This document shows, in pieces, positions 56,185 through 64,000 of a stretch of 64,000 nucleotides of DNA. Below the pieces are notes generated by a model that was not told the DNA's origin, made no database searches, and saw only the letters and a program-made list of their open reading frames with translations. The translations under genes were made by a program, and so were the position numbers. The DNA lies in assembly GCA_963793865.1 (NCBI GenBank), contig CAWCBP010000001.1, positions 192,001-256,000 on the forward strand, in the 5' to 3' direction. Numbering within the stretch: the first letter of the stretch is position 1; every line of letters starts with the position of its first letter. Origin of the DNA: an uncultured delta proteobacterium (GTDB taxonomy: Bacteria > Desulfobacterota > WTBG01).

Positions 56185-57324
56185 ATGCGGATTCTGGTGA
56201 TTGACGATGAATTCGGCATACGTGAAGGATGCCGCCGCGTTCTTACCGCCGCGGGCTTTGAGGTGGAAACGGCAGAGAACGGAGCGGCGGGCCTTCATAA
56301 GCTCCGGGAGGGACACTATGATCTGCTGCTGCTTGACGCCATGATGCCGGGCATGACCGGACTGGAAGTCCTGCAGCAGGCACGCGCCATTGCACCGGAG
56401 ATCATCTGCATTATGATTACCGGTTATGCGACCGTTGAGCTTGCGATCCAGGCCATCCGCAAAGGTGCCGATGATTTCATAGCCAAGCCCTTCAGTCCCG
56501 AGGAGCTGCTGCAGGTAATCAGCCGGGAGCTTGAGCGCCGCCGGCTGTTGAAGGAGGCGGAGCGCATCAAGGCCCTGGAGGAGGAGGCACAACAGCTGGC
56601 CAGGGCCAAGGCCGACCTGGAAAAGCTGCGCTCCATGGAAGGCCGTTTTATGCTTACCATGGTGCACATATTGCGGGCTCCCGTGGCGGTGCTGCAGAAT
56701 ACCATTCAGATTGTCCAGAAAGGTTTTGTTCCCCCCGAACAGCATCAGGAAGTGCTCACCAGGGCTGAGCAGCGCGCGGGTGAACTGCTTACCATACTGG
56801 ACGACGTTCACTTTCTGTCCTGCCTCAAAGAAGGCATCGGCGTCAAGTCCATGGAAAAGGTGTCCGTGGCGGATATGCTGGAGCAGGTGCTTGCCTCTCT
56901 GGAACCGGAGGCGCGCCTGCGGGATATTGCCGTTACCAGCACCTGCCCTGACCGTCCGCAGGTGAAGGCCAATCCGGAGCACATCAAGGCGCTGTGGCTG
57001 CAGCTTCTCACCAACGCCCTGCGCTACACGCCGCGGGGCGGCCGGGTGGGGATCACCGTTGAACCGGGCCGGGAGCGGAACAGCGTCTCCTGTACCGTAA
57101 CCGACAGCGGCATCGGTATGACTGATGAGGAAACGACCCGCATCTTTGAGGAATTTTACCGGAGCGAAGCGGCCAGGGCCATGCAGGAGACGGGCACCGG
57201 GCTGGGGATGTCCATCGTGCAGCAGGTCCTTGAATTGTACGGCGGCAGCATGGAGGTAGAGTCGGCGGTCGGACGGGGCAGTACCTTCCGCTTCACGCTT
57301 CCGGTAGTCGAATCACCACAATAG
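56185..57324 (+). CDS. Receiver-histidine kinase hybrid
   Basis: REC (ILVIDDE, LLLDAMMP, KPF) plus HILRAP H-box, NALRYT, DSGIG, F..FYR, GTGLG. Confidence 0.92.
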   Translation: MRILVIDDEFGIREGCRRVLTAAGFEVETAENGAAGLHKLREGHYDLLLLDAMMPGMTGLEVLQQARAIAPEIICIMITGYATVELAIQAIRKGADDFIAKPFSPEELLQVISRELERRRLLKEAERIKALEEEAQQLARAKADLEKLRSMEGRFMLTMVHILRAPVAVLQNTIQIVQKGFVPPEQHQEVLTRAEQRAGELLTILDDVHFLSCLKEGIGVKSMEKVSVADMLEQVLASLEPEARLRDIAVTSTCPDRPQVKANPEHIKALWLQLLTNALRYTPRGGRVGITVEPGRERNSVSCTVTDSGIGMTDEETTRIFEEFYRSEAARAMQETGTGLGMSIVQQVLELYGGSMEVESAVGRGSTFRFTLPVVESPQ

Positions 57325-57333
57325 GAAGGCATT

Positions 57334-59310
57334 ATGAAGTTTCGTCTTTCATCGCTGGTAAGCGGGAGGCTGCAATGGGTCCTGATTGCCTCATTTTCCC
57401 TGATTGCCGGTTTGACGGTCGCCCTCAACACCCTGGTTACCTCGCGGGGCATCAGATCATATCTTACCACCGCCGAATCCGGCCTGGTTGACCGTGATAT
57501 GCAACTGGCCAGGGCCTTCTATCAGCTCAAGCTTGATGAAATCGCCGCCATCAGCTACCGGCTTGCCCTTGATACCTGGGTCATCCAAAATCTTACCGAT
57601 GCCTCCCGGGCAAAGGCTGAAGCCGTTCGCATCATTGATCAGCAGATCACCAACAAGATCAGCGTGCTTGCGCTCGGAGGCACCCATCTCATTGCGATGC
57701 TGGATACCGCCGGTACCATTGTTGCGGGGCGCGTCCTTTCATCATCCGGGGAGCTCTCTCCGCTTATAACCGGGGGCAACTGGGCCGGATTGCCCATCGT
57801 GGCGGAGGTGCTCAGTTCCGGGAGGGTCCAGTCAGCCACCGAGATCATCCCATCAGAATTCCTGTCCCAGGTCGGGCTTGATACGCAGGCCTTTATACCG
57901 CTCAAAGAAACCCCGCTTGCCGCCCCGGAGCCCTTTAATCCCCAGGAGGGCAGAGCCGGTCTTGCGCTCACCGGTGTATATCCCGTGCACGATGCATCAG
58001 GGCTGATCGGCGCGGCTGTATCGGTGTACCTGTTCAATAACGACTTCACCCTGGTTGACCGCATCAAGGATGTTGCCGGCATTGATACGGTCACCATCTT
58101 CTTCGGCGACCTGCGCGTTGCCACCAACGTCATGACCGAGAAGGGCGAGCGGGCGGTGGGCACCCGGATTTCCATGCCCGTCCGCACGGTGGTACTTGAA
58201 CAGGGGCGTTCCTACGTCGGACGGGCTTACGTGGTGAATGAATGGTTTATAACCCGCTATGAGCCCCTGCGAAACCGGCGGGGAGAGGTTGTGGGAAGCA
58301 TCTATGTGGGCGCCCGCGAATCGGCTTTCCTGGAGCTGGTACGCAATTACAACCAGCGCGTGGCGCTCATCGCCCTCATCTGTATCGTGCTGGCCGGCAT
58401 TATCGCCGTGCCCGTCTCGCGGGTCATAACCCGCCCCATCGAGGCCCTGGTCAAGGCGACCAGAAAGCTTGCCCAGGGAGATATGTCCGTGCGGGTTACG
58501 ACGGAGGGGAAGGGAGAATTTGCCCTTCTGGGGAACTCCTTCAACAGCATGGTGGAAACATTGCGCGAAACGGAGCAGGAACTGCTCCAGAAAGAGAAGC
58601 TGGCCTCCATGGGGCAGCTTGCCTACGGCGTGGCACATGAAATCAACAACCCTCTGGGCACCATCCTGCTCTTTGCCGACCTGCTTTCCAAGGAACTTCC
58701 CGAGGGCGATCCCCGGAAAGATGATCTCAAAATGATCAGCAGCGAGGCCCTGCGCAGCAAGAAGATCGTATCCGATCTGCTCAATTTCGGCAGGCAGCAG
58801 GAGCTGCTCGCCCAGGACACCAACCTGCACGATCTGATTGATCAGGCCATAGGCGGCGTGAGCCATCAGGACAGCTTCAAACAGGTGACCATCACCCGCA
58901 ATTTCAGCAGCGATCCCCCGGTGATCCAGGCTGACCAGACGCAGCTCATGCAGGTATTTGTCAACCTCCTCAATAATGCCGCTGAATCCATGAGCGCAGG
59001 AGGCGCCATCACCATTGCCACCCGCCTGCTGGAAAACGGGTCCGTGGAAATAACGGTTGCCGATACCGGCTGCGGCATCCGGGAGGAGCATCTCGACAAG
59101 GTGTTCACCCCCTTTTTCACCACCCGGCCCATCGGCAAAGGGACCGGCCTGGGGCTGTCAATCGTATACGGCATCATCAAAATGCACCGGGGCCAGATTG
59201 CGGTAAAAAGCACCGTCGGGCAGGGGACAACATTTACCATCACGCTCCCCGTAAAGCAGCCGGGCGCGCATCGCTCCTCCCCGCCGGACCCGGGGAACAC
59301 CATCGCTTAA
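57334..59310 (+). CDS. Membrane sensor histidine kinase (Cache-HAMP-HisKA-HATPase)
   Basis: Two TM helices, TIFFGD.RVATNV...GERAVGT Cache motif, HAMP, GVAHEINNPL, DTGCGI, FTPFFTT, GTGLGL. Confidence 0.94.
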   Translation: MKFRLSSLVSGRLQWVLIASFSLIAGLTVALNTLVTSRGIRSYLTTAESGLVDRDMQLARAFYQLKLDEIAAISYRLALDTWVIQNLTDASRAKAEAVRIIDQQITNKISVLALGGTHLIAMLDTAGTIVAGRVLSSSGELSPLITGGNWAGLPIVAEVLSSGRVQSATEIIPSEFLSQVGLDTQAFIPLKETPLAAPEPFNPQEGRAGLALTGVYPVHDASGLIGAAVSVYLFNNDFTLVDRIKDVAGIDTVTIFFGDLRVATNVMTEKGERAVGTRISMPVRTVVLEQGRSYVGRAYVVNEWFITRYEPLRNRRGEVVGSIYVGARESAFLELVRNYNQRVALIALICIVLAGIIAVPVSRVITRPIEALVKATRKLAQGDMSVRVTTEGKGEFALLGNSFNSMVETLRETEQELLQKEKLASMGQLAYGVAHEINNPLGTILLFADLLSKELPEGDPRKDDLKMISSEALRSKKIVSDLLNFGRQQELLAQDTNLHDLIDQAIGGVSHQDSFKQVTITRNFSSDPPVIQADQTQLMQVFVNLLNNAAESMSAGGAITIATRLLENGSVEITVADTGCGIREEHLDKVFTPFFTTRPIGKGTGLGLSIVYGIIKMHRGQIAVKSTVGQGTTFTITLPVKQPGAHRSSPPDPGNTIA

Positions 59311-59325
59311 GCCAGAGAGACAGGC

Positions 59326-60525
59326 ATGAGCGGTGCAACCATCCTCATCATCGATGATGAAGCGGGCATTCAGAAGGGGTGCCGGAGGGCGCTGGAGCCA
59401 CACGGCTACAGGGTGCTGTCGGCCTACACGCTGCAAGAGGGGGGGCAGCAACTTGAATCGGGAGAGGTTGATCTCATACTGCTTGACCTGGTGCTTCCGG
59501 ACGGGAGCGGATTCGACCTGCTGCGCAGCATTCTTACCGGAGACCCTGATGCGGTGGTGGTGGTCATCAGCGGCTACGCTACCGTGGAACACGCCGTGGA
59601 GGCCTTAAAGTCCGGGGCATATGATTTCATCGCCAAGCCCTTCACTGCGGATATGCTGCTCCTCACCGTAAAGCGGGGTCTGGAGAGAAAGGAACTTGCA
59701 CGCGAGACCAAGCGGCTTAAGGCCCTGGAGAAGGACGCGGCGGCAATGGTGGCGGTCGCCCGGGAGGAGCTTGAGCGTCTGGACAAGTTCAAGCAGTCTT
59801 TTTCCCTTACCACTGCCTTTACCCTGACGGTGGCGCATGAATTCAGGGCGCCCCTTACCGCCCTGCAGAGCTTTCTCAACCTGCTGTACAACGGCTATGT
59901 CTCTCCTGAAAAGCAGAAACGATTTATCGAGCAGGCCATCGAGCGCAGCCAGGGACTGCTGGATATGGTGGATGATCTGCTCAACCTGGCCACTGCCCGG
60001 GAAGAGATGTCTCCCCGGAACCGGGTGCTGATCTCTCTGGCGGAGCCAATGGAACAGGCGGGCATCCTGATGCAGGCGCGGGCTGAAGAGAAGGGCGTCA
60101 GCTTCAGCATGCAGTCGATACACCGTCCCGCGATCGAGGCCAATCCGGAGCAGATGCGCGAGGTCTGGACCAACCTCATCTCCAACGCTGTTAAATATAC
60201 AGCCGCGGGGGGGTCAGTGCGCGTTATCCTGGAAGAGCGCGAGGGCTGGGCGGTCGGAACGGTGGAAGATACCGGGATCGGAATCGGCCCTGATGAGCAG
60301 GAGAGGATCTTTATGGAATTTTATCGCTCTCCCCGGGCCAAGGAGATGGAAACACAGGGAACCGGTCTGGGGCTCGCCCTGGTAAAACGCATCATAGACG
60401 GTTACGGCGGAACCATCACGGTGGAATCAGCCCCTCACAAGGGAAGCCGTTTCCGTTTCAGAATACCGGTGGCAAACAGCTCTCAGACAGCCCCTGTCCG
60501 GCGGCCCGGCTCAGAGGTGATGTAA
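59326..60525 (+). CDS. Receiver-histidine kinase hybrid
   Basis: REC plus AHEFRAPL, NLISNAVKYT, DTGIGI, GTGLGL; paralog of 56185-57324. Confidence 0.93.
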   Translation: MSGATILIIDDEAGIQKGCRRALEPHGYRVLSAYTLQEGGQQLESGEVDLILLDLVLPDGSGFDLLRSILTGDPDAVVVVISGYATVEHAVEALKSGAYDFIAKPFTADMLLLTVKRGLERKELARETKRLKALEKDAAAMVAVAREELERLDKFKQSFSLTTAFTLTVAHEFRAPLTALQSFLNLLYNGYVSPEKQKRFIEQAIERSQGLLDMVDDLLNLATAREEMSPRNRVLISLAEPMEQAGILMQARAEEKGVSFSMQSIHRPAIEANPEQMREVWTNLISNAVKYTAAGGSVRVILEEREGWAVGTVEDTGIGIGPDEQERIFMEFYRSPRAKEMETQGTGLGLALVKRIIDGYGGTITVESAPHKGSRFRFRIPVANSSQTAPVRRPGSEVM

Positions 60526-60696
60526 CTTTTAAAGAGGTGCTGTTCAAGAGGTAGCGCATGCCACACGACTGAATGGGTTTTGTGCACCTGGTATCTTTAT
60601 CGTGTCAGGAGCAGAATAATGGAGAAAGGCAGAATTTTCCTGGATGTGAACTATGCAATCTCTGCACGAACGTCCCCTCTTTGTCTACGAATGTAG

Positions 60697-61395
60697 TTAC
60701 TCTACCAAGTCACCAACCTCTTGAGCCCAATCGCTAATGTAATTCCAGTCCCGCCAGTCAGCGCTGTCCTTAAAACCCAGTGCCTTTCCCAGGAATCTCA
60801 GAACGATTTTTTCAAAAAGATTGTAGCGGTTCGTATTAAAATCCACCGCTCCGCCGAACAGACCTATCGAGAGCGGGCTGATGGCAGGATACCGGGTAAG
60901 AAGCGGCGTCACAAATGCCTTCCGGACTGCATCCCTGCTTTCAGGGGTGTCTTGATACATGGCAGAGCAGACGATAAAGACAGCAACCGGTTTGGAAGAC
61001 AGGGCTGCATAATAATTTCTTAAAAACCTGCGTGCATCCGGCAGCCAGTTAAATTCATAGATGGCACTGCCGAGTATAACGGCATCATACTGTTCGATAG
61101 ATGAAGTGTTTCCTACAAACCGGACATCCACCTTGAAGCCCCGCGAGCACAATTCCTTGCCTATTTTATCTGCAACCTCGGCAGTTGAGCCGTGTATGGT
61201 GTCGTAGGCAATAAGGATTCTTTTTGCATCCTGGTTCCCACCCTCACAGCTTGCTTCTATCAAATCATCAAACGTCCTGGGATAGGAGAAAAGGTTTGCA
61301 GGCAATGCAAACAGGCTGGAAAATATCAGCAGCATTAAAAGCACTTTTCCGGAAAAGCGAGATAGAAACTTAGATAATTTACCTGGCATATTCAT
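60697..61395 (-). CDS. Flavodoxin-domain protein (HemG/Flavodoxin_5-like) with N-terminal hydrophobic segment
   Basis: ILIAYDT.HGSTAEVA..I, YDAVILGSAIY, PVAVF, FGGA, DWRDW..I..WA. Confidence 0.85.
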   Translation of the reverse strand: MNMPGKLSKFLSRFSGKVLLMLLIFSSLFALPANLFSYPRTFDDLIEASCEGGNQDAKRILIAYDTIHGSTAEVADKIGKELCSRGFKVDVRFVGNTSSIEQYDAVILGSAIYEFNWLPDARRFLRNYYAALSSKPVAVFIVCSAMYQDTPESRDAVRKAFVTPLLTRYPAISPLSIGLFGGAVDFNTNRYNLFEKIVLRFLGKALGFKDSADWRDWNYISDWAQEVGDLVE

Positions 61396-61786
61396 ATGGT
61401 ATCCTTTTGTGGTGAGCGTTGGTGCTGCATACGTTGTCTATACCACACAACAGCCTACAGGGTAAAGGAGAAGGTAGTAAAAGCAAGGGATGATGGATGA
61501 CTGAAAATCCGGTATCGGTGAGGTATTTACAGCTGCTGATTCGATGGCTAGTTATCAGAATGGGGGATTCACTGTTTAGAGTCGTAACGTTGAATGCTGA
61601 TCGGGTGCTTGATGTTCCCTATTTATGGTAGTAATGTTGAGAATTGAAGCACCGGAAATTACAGAGCATACGCAATGAATCTTGGGTATGCACTATATTT
61701 CAGGTTTTTGGCATAAGATGCAGAGATGGCTCATTATGGTCACCCTATATGCAGAGTATGAATGCATAAACACAGGTCTCAAAATC

Positions 61787-61936
61787 ACATTGATAAAAGA
61801 GGTATTCTGTGCTTTAATTTAAAACCACAAGGGCCTTAACAGGTGTTCCGATGAGCGCACTTATTAACATAACCCCGCTTTTTCTCAGACCGTTGAGGGT
61901 CTCTGAATGAGTGGGGTTATCTATTTGGGGAATATT
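61787..61936 (+). promoter_or_regulatory. Sigma70-like promoter plus structured 5' leader (copy 2)
   Basis: TTGATA(61790)-17 nt-TTTAAT(61813) with extended TG; GTGTTC-CGAT-GAGCGC hairpin; AACCCCGCT(61871)...AGTGGGGTT(61918). Confidence 0.65.
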
Positions 61937-64000
61937 ATGAGAAAGATCTTGCTCGGATTTGTATGTCTGCTTATTGCTATTACTGGCGTTAGCCTCAAAA
62001 TTGCTTGTGCATCCTGGTGCGTTGAGGCAGTTGATGCACGGAAGGATTTTGATCACTGGACAATAGCATTAGATGGCAATAATAATCCTCACATTCCTTA
62101 TTGGGGTGATCATTTCTACTACACCTATTATGACGGTAGCACCTGGCACTATGAAACGGTTAATACCACACCTGAGGTAAACAGTATCTCCTCCTTCGTC
62201 CTGGACCCGGAAGGGAAGGCACATATCAGCTATCGAGATAAAACCGATGGTGACCTCAAGTATGCCACCAATAAGAGTGGGTATTGGGTAGTAGAAACAG
62301 TGGATAGTGAAGGATCTATATATCCCTACACCCCTCTTGCCCTGGATTCAGATGGGAAGGCGCACATCAGCTATAGCTATTATGATAGCTATTTTGGTTA
62401 TGGACTCAAGTATGCCACTAATACGAGTGGTGACTGGGTAGTTGAGACAGTGGATGGCGGGGGGGGGACTACTGAAGTTATCCTAGACTCTGCCCTAGAC
62501 TCTGATAAGAAGGTGCATATCATTCACCCTCGCAACGGCTACCTCACGTATACCACTAACAAGAGTGGTTCCTGGATTTCAGAAACGGTGGATAATGATG
62601 GATATGCACAGCTCCTCGGCTCCCTTGTTTTGGACCAGGCAAGGAAGGCATATATCAGCTATCAAGATCAAACTAACCGTGTTCTCAAGTATGCCACCAA
62701 TAAAAGTGGAGCCTGGGTAAAGGAGACGGTTGACGGTCCTGTGACCTTCTACACCAGTATCTCCGTGGCCCTTGATTCAGAAGGGAAGGTGCATATTGGA
62801 TATAGTGATTATAATAATAATAACGAAGACCTCAAATATGCCACCAATGAAAGTGGGGCCTGGGTAAAGGAGACTATTAATGAAAGTTATGAAAATGCAG
62901 TTCAATGCTCCTCCCTGCTCCTAGACTCTGATGGGAAGGCGCACATCAGTTACTCTGCCGCATTACGGATGGGCTGAGTATGACCAAGAGCAAAGTGGGC
63001 CTGGGTAAAAGAAACGGTTGCGGATACCTCTCTATAGGCTACAACATCTTACTCTCTCTTGCCCTTGATCCAGGGGGGAAGGCACATATTATCTATAATG
63101 ATGATACTAATGGTGACCTCAAGTATGCCACTAATACGAGTGGTGTCTGGGTAACTGAGAAACTCGATAGTTACGGAGATGTTGGCTCGTATTCCTCCCT
63201 TGCCCTGGACTCAGGAGGGAAAGCGCACATCGGCTATAATAATTATTTATTTAAAGGTCTCACTTATGCTACCAATGAGAGTGGCTTGTGGGAAAAGGAA
63301 CTAATACACGGTGGTGGGGAATCAAGGTCAGTCACCCTCGTCCTGGACTCGGAAGGAAAGGCGCATATCGGTTTCGAAGAGTACACACCATTCGATTCGG
63401 TTATCAATTATTCTACCAATCAGAGCGGTACCTGGATAACGGAGGGAGTGGCGTCGCGAATTTGTGATACGTTTTGCGAGCATGTGAATTCCCCATCCCT
63501 TGCCTTGGATACAGAGGGTAGCGCACATCTTAGCTATGGGGATGTGAATCTTCCTCCTTTGGGTTGGGCTGGCCTCACGTATGCTACCAATGAGAGCGGG
63601 GATTGGTTAAAAGAGGGTGTGGATTACTCTTTTGGAAACGCACGCTTCACCTCACTCGCCCTTGATGCCGAGGGAAAAGCGCATATCAGCTATTATGATT
63701 ATAATAACGATGATCTCAAGTATGCGACCAATGAAAGTGGCTCATGGGTAAAGGAGACCGTGGATACCACTGGAGATGTGGGGCAATACACATCCCTTGC
63801 CCTCGACGCAGCAGGGAAGCCACATATTAGCTATTATGATACTACTAATGGTGATCTCAAGTATACCACTAATACGAGTGGTGTCTGGGAAACTGAGACC
63901 GCGGATATCAATGGAGATGTGGGGCAATACACTTCTCTCATCTTGGACTCAGGAGGCAAGGCATATATCAGCTATTATGATGCTAGCAATGGTGACCTCA
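61937..64000 (+). CDS. Secreted ~47-aa repeat beta-propeller-like protein (partial; garbled/frameshifted at ~62955-63060)
   Basis: MRKILLGFVCLL signal peptide; same SLALD-GKAHISY-LKYATN.SG.W.ETVD repeats as 1-927; repeats continue in another frame from 63061 to window end. Confidence 0.85.

Noticed and set aside
14511..59091. Long antisense ORFs (e.g. 14511-15674, 21755-22717, 35443-36243, 53568-54521, 57997-59091)
   Set aside because: Shadow frames opposite well-supported genes in GC-rich DNA, with no recognisable motifs
62975..62977. Second selenocysteine TGA in the repeat protein
   Set aside because: Surrounding repeat is garbled by several indels, continuation is in another frame, and there is no Cys-equivalent position or SECIS
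1..64000. tRNA, rRNA, integrase, transposase or prophage genes
   Set aside because: None recognised by eye

Overview
This is a bacterial chromosomal window. Its gene content and intergenic repeats fit an anaerobic Desulfobacterota/deltaproteobacterium-like organism (inference). It is mostly anaerobic metabolism: pncB, ADP-forming acyl-CoA synthetase, a TetR-controlled flavoprotein/CCG Fe-S/ETF operon, a UbiD decarboxylase, aldehyde:ferredoxin oxidoreductase, GlcD/GlcF, thiolase, and a selenocysteine formate dehydrogenase operon with SECIS followed by four signalling genes. It also has a TetR-HlyD-ABC efflux locus, two TMTC-like GT-C/TPR proteins, lpxA and several secreted proteins. Both window ends carry outward-pointing paralogous ~47-aa-repeat (beta-propeller-like) secreted protein genes. 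Main leads: (1) a conserved promoter plus structured 5' leader shared by these two paralogs 61 kb apart, with a related hairpin ahead of a third secreted-protein gene; (2) a secreted ferrochelatase-fold-like protein with a CFI-box-CTERM-like tail; (3) KstR-type operator palindromes at the flavoprotein/ETF operon; (4) an exported CxxCH/PNPOx-like fusion; (5) a three-way-junction leader before the AOR gene; (6) REP doublets nested in IS-like inverted repeats. Many small frameshifts (etfA, CCG gene, glcD, fdnG/H, right-end repeat gene) look like read or assembly errors. All calls come from motif reading by eye; no searches were run.
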